From Octopus vulgaris (taxonomy: Eukaryota), in assembly GCA_951406725.2 (NCBI GenBank), contig OX597816.1, positions 50,902,001 through 50,966,000 of the forward strand: 64,000 nucleotides of DNA, given 5' to 3'. The translations under genes were made by a program, and so were the position numbers. The notes below the pieces were generated by a model that did not search any database, was not told where the DNA came from, and was given only the letters and a program-made list of their open reading frames with translations. Below are positions 27,442 through 41,532 of the stretch, in pieces (positions within the stretch are counted from its first letter, which is position 1; every line of letters starts with the position of its first letter).

Positions 27442-29769
27442 TTGCAGCTGTTATTGATACTGAGGCTGTTGTTGACGTTGTTTTTCCCGTTACCATCTTT
27501 TCAGCAACACGTAAAACATAAATTATTTAACCATATCTATTCCAGTTTATTAACTGATAGAATATGCTTGGGGTGACGTCATCTAATACAACAAGGTAGA
27601 ACGACCCGTGTAAGATTTTCAATTTGACGTAAGTGACTACGTTGGTTATTTCTTGCAGTTTAAATGATTACGTAGAGCCTCACGTGTTGCTCATTATTTT
27701 CAGATAAATTTGCAAACGTCTATCATATATGATTAAACCGATAAAACTTCAAACTGAATATAAACCTGATCGATATTCTTGTTGTGAAACAGACTGCAAA
27801 GGTCAGAAGCACTTCTACTCCACCTCTGGCTACTTTATAAAAAAGCATCTTAATTTTGATAAAATACGGATTTGAATTCGAAATCTGGGTAGCTTATAAA
27901 TCATAACGTCTCCCCCTCAGGTACATTTCCTTACATCACGAAGTGTATTTGTTGATATGTGTATATATATACTAAGAGCCGAAAATAAGACGCTAATCTC
28001 TGAAATAATTCAAAGGGGAAAATATGAATCATATCGATATTCTATATTCATTAGGATAGCAATTATAAAATGTTTGCCGCTAACTCTAATAATAATCATC
28101 CAAAGAGAAATGATTGTTTTAAATATTATTTTTATTTTATTATGGATATTGATTTCTGAAGAGTGTATTGAGTTTTCGCAGATTACAAGTTGGTCATTTT
28201 TATCGTTTTAATTTTAAAAGTTATTTTTATCGCTTATTTCCATCATTTTCAGATTTTAGAATATTATGTTTTATTTCATTTTTTTTTCCTACTTTCAAGT
28301 TGTGTTACCCTAGCTTAATAAATTCGAGACGTCAACGAATCGAAAATATGTATTAAAATTTTATCAACAATAATAAATACTACCAATCTACATAGAAATA
28401 GAAACCTGTTTATACATACTTTGATACATACACGTAAAGTTTTATATAAAATGTGTCCGTGTGCGTGCTTAAGTGGACGTGTGCATTTATAAACTAAACA
28501 CATGGATATAGATGCTTGCATGCATGCATGCATCCACATATACATACATATATTTATTATATATATATATATATATGTGTGTTTGTGTGTGTGTGTGTGT
28601 GAGTGTGTGTGTGTGTAATGAGTGTAACAACTCCATGTTACAACTACAATTTAGTGGATATTTTTGTTATATGTTAACTTTATATATTACTCTAATATTC
28701 TCTTTATAATATCATAATGTTCCAAAATTTTATGTGGTAGTTATCTTGGTTTCGTGTGTGGGTGTGCGGGTGTGTGTGTGGTCTGTGCGTGTGTGTATGT
28801 GTGTATGTGTGGTGTGTCTGTGTGTGTGTGCGTATGTTTCTCTGTATTTTTTAAATGATCTAATTATAACAGATGAATACGGCTTAAAAATATTTCGCTA
28901 TGAGTCCATGTAAACAAAACTCAACAGAAAGATCATTAAAACAAGTTTTTGCGTGATTTTTTAAACTAAATTTTAGGAGAAAAACCATAACACTTAGTTA
29001 TATTCAAGACACACTAATGATATTATATTTTGATTTGAAATAGTTTTTTTTTTTTCATCGAAAACATTCAGTTTTTCTGAAGGTTATCCTAAAAATGCTG
29101 GGTAGCATATATTCTATTACCTCCGAAATTATTTTCGCATGTGCGTGCGTGAAAATATTAACGTTTTGGAATTAAAGGAGTTTCAAGAAAACATTAAATG
29201 ACTTAGACAACACGTCAGGAAATTCTTTGTTTCAAAGGCAATATCTAATATTTTACAATAAATTATTCTTTTTCAAAAATCATTTATGTATGCAAGACTA
29301 GTGTGTTATCGTTGTTTTAATGTTCTGAAAGTATAATTATGCCGATAATATCGTCTCATAAATTTATTTGCTTTTAACTCGATGTAATCTAGTCCATTCT
29401 GATGATGTCAGATGTGACAGAGGTTCCAAAGATATCGGAATTTATCATTGACTACAGAGATAAGTTTTGTAAATGGAAATTTCTCATACTATTAATGTTA
29501 TTTTGTCTCTGGTAATTTCAAATGGTCATTATTTTTTTATTTTTCTTAATGGACGTCATTGTGTTAACAGTGAAGTTTATTGTTGAATCTCGAGTAAAAT
29601 TCAGCTGAAGATTTTTCCCCAATCGCTGGTCAGTTACAAACATATATAAATTCATACACACACGCTCGCACACGCAAACACACACACACACACACTCACA
29701 CAAACAGACGCACTCAGACACACAGAAACACATATATTGTGTCATCCCATAAATAATGTGATTCTTTTA

Positions 29770-30670
29770 ATTGCATGAACTAAAGATCGGAGGAGACGGG
29801 ATAAACTACCTGCATCAACTTGCTCTAAAATCAGGTAGTGAAGGTGACGCCTGCGGTCGTCTGCGAGGGTTCAAAGGCAACTTTGACCCTGTGGAAGACA
29901 GTGGCCACAGGCGAAATGACCTTCCCCGAATTTCTGAGAATGGCTGGCTCCAGGTATCCAGTGATACTTAAGGGTCGTACCCCCCATGTGTCACTCGTGC
30001 CGGAGTCATGCCACATTAAGGACGACTTCCCCCGGGGCCGGGGTAAGCTCCTGGAAGTGTCAGTGTGTGCCACCTCCCCTACCCGGTCAAAGGGTGAAGC
30101 GGATGTGGCTGAAGAAGTGTTAACCTCGTCAACCCAAAAAGGATTAAAAACGAAAAAGGCGCCAACAATGGTTGCCAGCCGAAGGACACTGAGGCTTCGG
30201 AAGTTGGGGAAGAGACTCCGGACAAAGCGAAAGAGCTCCAGTCTCCCGAAGTCAAGAAGGAAAGGAAAAAAAAAAGAAAGAAGAACGGGTCATTGCAGAT
30301 GGACGATGATGTGCCGTCTGCATGTCCCGAAGTTGTGCCACCCACGGTGGAAGAATCGACCCCCACCCTTAAAGATGATGAATTAATTATCTTTTTCTAC
30401 AAGGGCGTGTAGATGGAATAATAGTAGAACATAAAGAGACAGTAGATATGGCCTTAACACGGGATCCCGAATGGCCTCCGCAGATAGCTGTGGAGGTCAT
30501 AAGGTTTCCCGTGTGGGAAAAGCTTAAAAGATTTGAAGAGGAATGTTGCATATGGATGGGTGGGCCTTACACGACTTACATGTCGTACATGAGAGAGGCA
30601 TGGGAAATGGCAGGATACAGGATCTCAAGCAGCATTGAAGATAATGATGGATATATCGATGAGTAGGAGG
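29770..30670 (+). mobile_element. Decayed retroelement ORF1/gag-like region with zinc knuckle
   Basis: GC-richer island. Around 29960-30035, correcting two compensating frameshifts gives VILKGRxPMCHSCRES(C)HIKDD(F)P, a degenerate CX2CX4HX4C knuckle, followed by a basic low-complexity tail. Confidence 0.55.
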
Positions 30671-31009
30671 TGAAAAACCTCGTTAGAGGGTTTGAAACCT
30701 CATCTTATTGCATTATTTGTTGTGGCTTATAACCTTGATTGTTAAGGATTTTTTTTAAATGTTAAGTAAGAGGTTTTAGGGCCTCCTTCTTGTAAGAGGT
30801 TTGAAACCTCATACTGATTTTTAAAAACGAAAATATGTTTTCGAGAAAGATCCAACCGGCGGGTTTTGGGTTTCGTCTCTCATTTATACATTTTATTTCA
30901 TTTTCATTCATTAATGTGTTTGTCCAGCCTGCAGCTACTCTGTATACTGCCTTTATGACAAATATAATGAAATAAAGCAGCTTGCATACGAACCACACAG
31001 AATGTTAGT

Positions 31010-31290
31010 GGATTTCGTAGACGGAAACTAAAAGAAGTCCGTCGTATATATGTATATATATATACATATATACATGTGTGTATATGTTTGTGTCTCTGTG
31101 TTTGTCTCCCCAAAATTGCTTGACAACCAATGCTGGTGTGTTTATGTCCCTGTAACTTAGCGGTTCGATAAAAATAACCGATAGAATAAGTACTAGGCGT
31201 ACAAAGAATAAGTTCTGAGGTCGATTTGCTCGACTAAAGTTGGTGCTCCAGTATCGCCACAGTCACATGATTGAAACAGGTAAAAAGGTA
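31010..31290 (+). mobile_element. SINE family B
   Basis: Shares the TTGACAACC.ATGCTGGTGTGTTTA...GATAGAATAAGTACTAGG body. Confidence 0.8.
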
Positions 31291-31698
31291 AAATAGTATA
31301 TAATGTGTTTCTCTACAACAACAACAACAATAATAATAATAATAATAATAATAATAGTAATAATAATAATAATGATAAGAAGAAGAAGAAGAAGAAGAAG
31401 AAGATGAAGAAGAAGAAGAAGAAGAAGAAGAAGAAGAAGAAGAAGAAGAAGAAGAAGAAGAAGAAGAAGAAGAAGAAGAAGAAGAAGAGTCCTTTCTACG
31501 AAAATTAGAAGGCCTAAGATTTAGGGGAGGTGACTAGTCGATTAGATCGAACCAGTATTTCACTGGTACTCAAATTATCGACCCCAAAAGGATGAAAGGC
31601 ACAGTCGACATTGGCGGAATTTGAACTCAGAAGGTAAAAAACCATGGAAATGCAGCTAAGCATCTTGCTCGATGTGCTAACGATTTAACAACATCAAT

Positions 31699-31760
<62 letters not shown>

Positions 31761-31789
31761 TAGTAAAGATAATTGTAGAAAATAGTAGT

Positions 31790-32497
31790 AGTGACACATG
31801 GTTATGTTTGCTGAAAAGGAGGCCGAAAAGTGAGACAGAAGGATTGTTAGTAGTAGCATAAAATCAAGCATTGTTGACTAATTGTTGACTAATTGGATAA
31901 AAGACAAGGAACACAATAACTAGGTAGATTTCCATTGTAGGTTACGTAAATCAAAGGAGGAATATGTTACTCAGATAGTATGTGAATTTCACACACTTGT
32001 ACAGAAAGAATATAAGAAAGACATGACAACCTAGGGAGAGTAATCCACTGGGATTTATGTAGAAAGCTAGGATTTGATCGTATACGATAAGTGGTATGAA
32101 CATGAACTTCGTAACGTACTAGAAAGTAAGAAACTTTATCATTCAGATAGACTGAATAATAGAAGCAACAAAGCATGATCTATTAGTAGACTAAGATAAT
32201 ATAAAACACTAGGTAATTGATTTTACTGTGGCAAATGATGAGAAAGTCAATATGAGAAGTATAAAAAATAGCAACGTATCAGTATCTAGAGGCATTGGGA
32301 ACTATTTGGGAACAGATGGATAGAGGAAATAGTCATAAAATAAAGTTTAGTACAGCTCCAGAAAAACAGTGTTATGATGGACTGCTAGAATACTTATGTG
32401 GGTTCTTTACATCTAAAGTTACTTGATGTAGCCTGATGTTAGGATTCTTCTTTTCCAACAATCTAATCTGTTGTGCGCATATGAAATAATAATAATT
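31790..32497 (+). mobile_element. 5'-truncated R4/Dong-type LINE (zinc finger plus restriction-like endonuclease), decayed
   Basis: Translated pieces read KSETEGLLVVA*NQAL, CRL, RHDNLGRVIHWDLCRKLG, IEATKHDLL, VIDFTVAND and LQKTVL*WTARIL. An (AAT)n tract lies upstream and a short (AAT)n tail at ~32486. Confidence 0.8.
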
Positions 32498-32499
32498 TT

Positions 32500-32544
<45 letters not shown>

Positions 32545-35464
32545 GAGATAGAGAGATAAAGAGATAGAGTTAGATAGAGTTAGATAGATAGTTACATAGA
32601 TAGGCAAATAGACAGACAGACAGATAAATAGCTAGCTAGCTAGATATATATATATATATAGATGGATAGATTGATAGAGAGATGAGTGTTCGTAAGACAC
32701 ACTACCTAAGGTAATTAGAAGTATGTGTATAGCTTCAGTGAAAAAAATATGGCATTATCAACTAGATTATTTCCGTACTCACATTTTAAACAATCGTTTT
32801 AAAAACATGCATGAATAGTCATGAATAAAAATTACGGAATGGTAATTTTATTTAGTCGAGAGTAAACAATGCGTATATCAACTCCTATACTGAAAATTGT
32901 CTGCAATTTTGTGAGGTATCATTAAATATGTTATATTTATTTAACAACGACCACCTGTCGTGCGACCATTCACTACATAATGTTTTGCTTTCTAAATGAG
33001 ATGAGAAATAAAGCTTACTTACCTGACAACACATTATTCTCTGCTGAAATGTAAATCAACAGTTATAATCCTCATATATCGGCATTGAGGTTAGCATTTA
33101 TAAATTTATATTTTGGACAAGGAATATAGGAACTACAAACCTTCAGTCCATTTGTAAAATATATTTGAATGAATATAATTGTATAATATTTTTTTTTATT
33201 TCTCACATATCCGTGGAATGTAGGGCACACCCAACCTTCTTTGTAGAACATATCTTTGACAGACATGGAAAGTTATTCCATTGTTTTCGAACACGTAATT
33301 ACTGTATAAAAGTTTAAAGGCTTTGATTTACTGCATTGACTGAGGAAGAATTTCCATTGATGCACACACACACAGACACACGCGCACACAGACATAAACA
33401 CACTCACAAATACACACACGCACACACACACACACACATTTTCCGATACATATTCACTCACAAAAATATTCATACTTATATGTATACATATAATTATATG
33501 TATATGTGTAAATGTATACACACACATGTGCCTATGTGAGTATGTTGTTACGAAATTGTTATGAATTTTTGTTTACATTGAAAATGCATTATTCTACCAA
33601 TTATTATTTTATCAGGAAAACCAAGTTCTAATGGATTCGATCGCAAGGTCAATTCCAGGGAAAAACATGCAGAAATATCTCTTTCCACTCATTATATTTT
33701 TCAAATAATGGCTTCAGTTTTTTAAGTTCTTAAATCCTACCACTTCTCACTGGTTAAACCATCTGCATCTTATCAACAGCATCAATCTGCATCATCGTAT
33801 CCTTCAATGTCGTTAGCATCACAAACAATCATTCGCGTATAAAAGAGTATTCTACTTGACAAGTGGTAGTTATTGATTAACTTCAGACAATCTGTGATGG
33901 ATATGATTGCTGAGCAAAAATATCCCACCCGTGCGTATTTAATTACCCTTTCATGATGTAAGCTATATTTTGTGATCTTAAGGAGATTTGGTTGCAGTTT
34001 CTAGCCAGTCGATGGACTACATCTAAATTAATCTAGTTGTCTCTTGGCATGGTAATTAATGAAGGTGTTAATTCCACTGTGCAAACGGCATTCATTATTG
34101 CGTTATTTCCTTGGAGGAATATTAGTCACAACACCTATTGTTCGAAAATTTCCTGTGTAAAAGAACATAATCGAATATGAATTGGTATTTGTTTTATTTC
34201 AATATTTTCTGAATTTGTTTTTATTTAAGTATTTTCAAAATTTTATCGAAATGTCTTTTCACGATCACCTTTCAAATTTAAGTCAGTGGATGGTAACTGA
34301 TGGAATATAACACAACACTTCAAATAATTCTAAAGTATTCGCTGAAACAAAGAGCTTTTATCTTAACTTCGAATCTCTAAAAACGTGCAAAAGCGACACG
34401 GTTTCAATACTATTGCACTATAGTTTTAATAGAATTCCTCCCAATGTTTTCAATATATTTGCTCGTATTATTTGATCTCAATTTTCTAATGCATCCATTA
34501 TACAGATGTTTTCTTTATATCTGTTAGCATCCACTGAGAGGCTTTGAAGCTGCAACAACATTATTGGAAATGGATTTTTGCTTGCGTTGCTTTACATTTA
34601 TATGTAATATTTATAAAATAGAGATACAAAGACGATCACATGAAAGGAATGGACGAGACGTCTACCAACAGTGTTTTTGTGATTAGTTTACTAAGTTAAA
34701 TACTTGCTCAAACTTTCTTTCCAAATATGTTTCTATAGACTTAGGCTACCTCTGATTAGCTAGCTTTTCATGAAATACTGAATTAAATTTTTTTTAAAGT
34801 TTTGAATAGAGAGAGGAAAAAAGAACATATATACAGATAGATTTAAACGAGTTGTATATTCAAAAGAATTTGCTGTTATGTGAACATATAATATATAAAC
34901 CCTTGTGGTGTCTGTAAATGCATTGCCGACTCTGACACCACTTCAAATGATGACAGCGATCACATATGACATTACGTAACCAATCATGCGTAATCCTTTC
35001 CAAGATTTCCATATTAAACTCTCTCACACGCACAAAGACATACATTTACAAGTATACACGTATATATACGACAAGAAGCGACACATCCAACATAATATAA
35101 GTGTTCATAAATACATGAAACCATACGTAGATGTACTTAATATATTCGTATATGTATACATTTATGATTACGAGAGAAAATACGTGATTGTATATCTATT
35201 CCTATATATGCATGTATGTATGTATATATACATACAGTATATGTATGGTTAGATATATGTATGTAAATACACACACACATATGAATATATATATGTATGC
35301 ATATATATATGAGCTTACCTTTCTATATATGTATAGATATATATTATATATTCATATATAAGTATATATATACAGTTATATAAATACATTTAGATATATA
35401 CCTACACACAAATACACACACATACATACGGACGCGTATGTATGTATGTTTATATATATATGCT

Positions 35465-35517
<53 letters not shown>

Positions 35518-36399
35518 CGTTGTGCTCGTGAAAATGTGTGTCCACATATGTTTTCATGAACTATTGATTTTTTTCATGGCGGATATGTCGCTTTTCGTCA
35601 GCTTGGTTGGACATGTTTTTCTTATGCTGTAGTACAAATTTAATCAATCGGACTTGTGTTTCTGCTTCATAATCTACACAAACAATATTGGATCTATTTC
35701 AGGACCAGCTATATTAGTATTTCATTGAAATAACCAGATTATTGATTCCCCAAGGGAATATTGTCTATTATCGACTGAGTAGGATTCGAAATCAGAAATT
35801 CCACATAAGTAACGATTAATTATAATATGTGACCTTTAAACTCCCAATAAAATAATAACCTATGAGTAAATATTTACATTTACTTCTTTAGTCATTCCTG
35901 CAGTGAATATTTACTACCGTTTTATATATTGTGTTCATGAATAGTGTATCTTTGTAGAATTTCTCTAGGTGTATTATATTTCAATAATCTTTTTCTTCAC
36001 ACTCGTGTACATTATGCGAAGAAATACTGGCTTTAATTAAGAGGTGCTATGTGTGAGAAACTCGCCAGATTTTTCTCCCTAATATAATTAAAATAATAAT
36101 GATAATTAGAATAATGTTAACGCACAGACAATAGACAATTTACTGCAGTATATGACTTAAGGTATCATCTAGGATGGATATGCTGTTTTAAAAAGAAATA
36201 AAAAGCATACGCATAAATCTCTTTCAACAGCGGGCAATGAGAGTACTGGATGAGTTTCGGTTTTGCAGGACTTATCAACTGGTTGTTCATTACAATAGAC
36301 AATAAGATGATCCTTGCTATTCATCTAGATGGTGCATAGATTATGGGTGTAAATGTCCATGTTATTTTTCATTATTTACATTATTTGCATTATTTACAT

Positions 36400-37140
36400 T
36401 GGACAAGTCTTATAAATGATGGTAGCTACAGCAAAGAAAAGAATGGCCCAACTCTGAAAACAGAGATCTTGATCAAGATCAGGGATCACTTTACACCAAT
36501 GAAGTACAAAAAAGTGACTCAACACTACAGTAAACTACCACACATGTACGGTCTCCCTAAAATTCACAAGAATGGTACTTCCGTTAAGACCTATGGTGAA
36601 CTGTAGAGGTTCAGCATGTCATGCATTGAGCCGCTTTCTTGTGGATATAATCAGTCCATTAGCAGGAAAGTCAACATCGTATGTAAAGAATTACACCCAC
36701 TCCACTGAATTGATCAATATACCCCCATTGAATCCAACCAGATGGTGAGACTAGATGTGATAGGCCTCTTCACCAAAGTCCCAACTAGTGAAAGACTACC
36801 AGTAATACAAGAAAAAAACTAGTGACAGACACCCATCTAAAAGAACGCACCAGTATACCAATAAAACTTCATGGAAATGTTGACTGTCTGTGTAGAAACT
36901 ACCTATTTCAGTATGGGCACTGATATATATATCGACAAAAAGAGGATTTAGCTATGGGTTCGCCATTATCACCAGTGATAGTCAATATATACATGGAATA
37001 CGTTGAGAATTTGGCGTTATGATCAACACCACTAAAGCCAACACTATGGCTACGATATGTTGATGGCACCTTTATACACTGGCCCCACAAGGAAGATGTC
37101 TAAGTGATTTTAGATCATGTGAACTCAATAAAGTTATCCA
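36400..37140 (+). mobile_element. Penelope-like element reverse transcriptase fragment (pseudogenised)
   Basis: Translated pieces read PHMYGLPKIHK, RPMVNCRGS, YVKN, LDVIGLFTKVP, YRQKEDLAMGSPLSPVIVNIYME and LWLRYVDGTF, which are diagnostic PLE RT motifs. Stops and frameshifts are present. Confidence 0.92.
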
Positions 37141-39379
37141 AACAGTTGTTGGGAGGGTTAATACATATAAGAAACAGTTAACAATAGATATAGTGTGTTT
37201 GACGTTTTAAAAGGGCAGAAAAGGGATAGGACCAAACATGAAAATGCTAGTGTAGCATATCTTAGTAAAATTATCTGGGTATAGGAAGGAGAATAAGCTA
37301 GAGAATTCTCGTGATGGATTCCAAGCTCAATATTATTTCGTTCAATTGTGTATAGGTGAATATAGTCGTTCTCAGGAGGAGTTTTTTCAGGAAGGGTGAA
37401 TTTAGGCAGTAGTTCGCATTATATTTACATAGAAATACAGTGGTGGATTTGAAGGTATGGTCCGTGTTCTGGGGTTGAAAGTTTATATGTAAAGTGCCGG
37501 TTAGTAGGTGCAACGTTGCAGATCGTATGGCATAACCAACCTATGATGGTGAAACCATCATGGGAAAATTTGGCATATCAGTTACCTAATGAGAGTAAGG
37601 TTGGACCAAAGCGCGGTCTTAGTGCTCGTTTCTTGTTTGTTGAACAGAATTTTGTCTGTGTCTGGCCATGTGATTTTTGAAAACTTGTGTTGGTGTGTTT
37701 GTATCCTCCAACTAGCAGTTCGGTGAAGGGATACGATAGAAAAAGTACTGGGGGCAATTCATTGGACTGCAATTTGAAGGGGGTGCTCCATCATGGCCCC
37801 ATTTTAATGACAAGAACAAGTAAAATATAAAAAGTGATATATATGCATATATATATTGATCAATGCAATCATTATATCAATTTAAATGCAGGGCTATCAT
37901 CAGCTGCGCAAATAAGTTGATAGAATTTTAATCAATCTGACATATTAATATAATTTTACTCAAATACCTTAACAGAGCACGAAGATGAAAGAAATCCATG
38001 TAAACGCTATTGTAGCTAAAAATATATTACACTTTCAAGAAATGCATTAAGCTTACTGGGGTCATAGCTCGTAAAGGATCGTGATTCATTTTTATTAATC
38101 TATTTTATCAACTACTAAATCTAAGCCTAGAGGACTGTCTCTGTTTAGAATGAAGGGAGAGAGCAAGTTTATAGCTAGGTATGGTAATAAATATTGTCAA
38201 GATTTTAGTAGTAAATTGCGTGTAGCATATCTGTCAATAAAGGTGGCTGGGTAAAGGGGACCCTAAATCATGGTGTTAATTACCGGTTAAAGGGGCAAGA
38301 TACTTATAAAACCTGTGATGTTAATAGAGAGGAGATTTTATCATGGGGTACTTTAGGTGATTGTTTATAAACAAAATTGATAGGTTGTATTCAGGTAAAA
38401 TTCAAGATGATAAAAAATGATACATTAACCAAAATAGATAAAATGTGTATATATATATATCAATTTTCAACACTAAAAGGGAAAGATTACATAGAATCAG
38501 TTTAATATTCATTGATGTACTTAATTATTTACTTATTAGGCGGTTTCTATAAAGATTGCTCTGGGCATTACTTATGGAATACTGGACAGATAAATATACT
38601 ATCGATGTAGTAATTATAAGCCAAGAATCAGAAAAAATAATGTTGTGAACAGATACACACACATTTTTAACTATGTGCACGTATGCACACATACACAAAT
38701 ATTTATACGTTTTTATGGATATAGGATAATCATGTCGCATAGACTTAATTAACTAGAAAGTGTCTATCTCTATCTTAGAACAGTAACAACTTATAGGGAG
38801 AAGAGCTTAATAGGTGAGTATATCAAATTAAGAAAACAAAATAAGATTTTATAGAAAATTATAAGAAATATATATAATTACATTTAAAGAGACTGGATAT
38901 TAAAACTTGAGGTACGAAAGAGATAAAGATAACTCCAAAAGAAGAAGCAATAGGTACGGGATTTGTGAGTGCAGTTGCAGGTATTCAAACAGTAGAGATT
39001 TTATATGTTGCAATGTTAGAGGTTCTATTACATTTATGATTTTATAGTTTCTAGGGGGACTTACATAAGAGCCATTACAAATATACATAATATGATCAGT
39101 AGGTTAGAGCACCTTCGAAAGGAACAAATACATGATGAAGTCAGATTAACTAGGCAGGATTTTGCATCGGATACTAATTACATGTAGCACACCACATATC
39201 ATAACATATGACCTATAACATATGCAATGCAATTTAAAATCACCATATAACTCAAAATCCAATGATTTTATTATATATAATCCTAGAGGGTAATTTCACA
39301 ACAGATACGACACCAAAATTAATTTCCATCATTAAAGTTCAAGTATACCACCTATAATTGCTAATTATGAAAATGCCTA

Positions 39380-39770
39380 AATGTACGGTTGAGGCTATCT
39401 ATTATTCTCTTATCAATCAGATTGTTCTTGTCCCCATACATAAAAACCGCATAAGTGTCCATAGAGCACAGCTCAAAACTGTATTGACTATCTCTTAAAG
39501 TCTGCACTTTCCGTATTATATCCCATTTAAGGCTAAATTCAGTTACCCTTTACTTCAGTTCTCAAATCTTGTTAGATAAGGACGTACACTTGGCTTTATG
39601 TTTGAGTTTAAAAGATAAATGATTAATACGCGTTTCATATTTATCGAACATCTTATATATATATATATGTATGTATATATAAAGTTACAAGCCTCAGTTA
39701 TGATTGTACATCTATAAATTACGTTTTGGATTAGAAATCGGCCTAGTAACGGGTAGTGGGATTTAACTGC
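39380..39770 (-). mobile_element. Penelope-like element GIY-YIG endonuclease fragment
   Basis: Minus strand reads PLLGRFLIQNVIYRCTI...YIRCS (VIY...YIG, expanded by a TA tract), then TSLSNKI*ELK...FSLKWDII...ELC...NLIDKR, resembling the PLE endonuclease C-terminus. Confidence 0.7.
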
Positions 39771-40071
39771 CTTATTCAATTAAACGGAGCTGCTTGAAAC
39801 GGTCGTACTGCATCGCTTCTTTATGTATGTATATATATATATATATATGGTACTTATGGGAACAACTGTATTCGAAGACTCACTTTGTCGTTTAGTGCTC
39901 AACATGAGGAGTAGATAGAAAGCCGGCAACTGAAGTATCGTTCTCTGTGTTACTTGTCCTGTTTTCCATTTCTTTCTCTCGCTGTTTGCGTTTTGAAATC
40001 ATTTGTTTTCGTATTTCATGTTCTTTAGTGTTAGTGACGTCCTCATATATATATATATAAATAAATATGCA

Positions 40072-40128
<57 letters not shown>

Positions 40129-40652
40129 GTATAGATATGTACATACATATACATCTACACGCACACACACATACATATACACACAAACACATACTGACGT
40201 GCATACGTAAGAGAACATGTGCAAATGAAGATGAGAAATTGATCACAGTTAAATAATAAATACAGAGTGAAATAGTGTTTTATTGAATCTGAAAAGACCT
40301 CACAACGTGTTGCTTGCTGTTTTCAACAGACAGTCGTGAGTATTAAGAAGTAAAGTGAACATATATAACCAGTATAGTTATAAAATATTTAGAAATTTAT
40401 TGAAAGGTCATAATTAATATTTAGCAACTTGGATGGTCATAACTCTCAGTCGAAACTGCTTTAAATATTCATTTTATGAGTTGCTAAATAATAATTACTA
40501 CACTATTTATAAATAAATACCAAACATAGGTCTTCTCCGAATCGAGTGTCTAATGATCGATTAAGTTAAAATCTGAGGAACAGATTGATAGATCCGTTCA
40601 GCTGCAATACACACGCGCGTGCACGTATATACTTATATGCACACATACATAA

Positions 40653-40744
<92 letters not shown>

Positions 40745-40811
40745 GGAGTAAACACATAAATGTGAAACAAGGTGGAAAAAAAGAGTACTCAAATACCAGT
40801 GGTAGAGTAAT

Positions 40812-40957
40812 ATGCTTTATTTAAAGCAGTAGAAAATTCAACAAAATCTGTTACTCTGAGTTTCTCGTTGCCGTTCATCAGACAGTTTTTCTTAGAAAAA
40901 CTGTCTGATGAACGGCAACAGATTTTGTTGAATTTTCTGCTGCTTTAAATAAAGTAT
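40812..40957. repeat. Fold-back inverted duplication containing a hammerhead
   Basis: The left arm 40812-40892 and right arm 40894-40957 are reverse complements, but the right arm lacks 17 nt. The block lies between (TA)n tracts. Confidence 0.9.
40848..40885 (-). ncRNA. Minimal type I hammerhead ribozyme
   Basis: Minus strand reads ctgt-CTGATGA-acg[GCAA]cga-GAAA-ctc[a]gag-TA-acag. The core is complete, stem II has a GNRA loop (first pair is an A-A mismatch), stem III is near-palindromic, and the site is GUA. Confidence 0.8.
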
Positions 40958-41021
<64 letters not shown>

Positions 41022-41039
41022 GTGTGTGTTTATGTATAT

Positions 41040-41258
41040 GTGTGTGTTTGTATGTTTCTGTGTCTGTGTTTGTCCCCATCCAACTGCGCTTGACAACCGA
41101 TGCTGGTGTGTTTATGTCAACGTCACTTAGCGGTTCGGCAAAAGAAACCGATAGAATAAGTATTAGGCTTACAAAGAATAAGTTCGAGTTCGATTTGCTC
41201 GACTAAAGCGGTGCTCCATCATGCCCACAGTCAAATGACTGAAAGAAGTAAAACAGAG
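41040..41258 (+). mobile_element. SINE family B 3' half
   Basis: Matches the 31080-31290 body. Confidence 0.8.
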
Positions 41259-41280
41259 TATGTGTGTATGTGCATATAAC

Positions 41281-41340
<60 letters not shown>

Positions 41341-41431
41341 ATGTATATATATAATATATATGTATACACACATGCATAACTATATATATATAAATATATA
41401 TATGTATATATATGTATGTATAGATAAATAT

Positions 41432-41532
<101 letters not shown>

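Noticed and set aside
40411-40497. Short inverted repeat enclosing TGGATGG...GAAA, hammerhead-like
   Set aside because: The core is too degenerate and stems II and III cannot be drawn.
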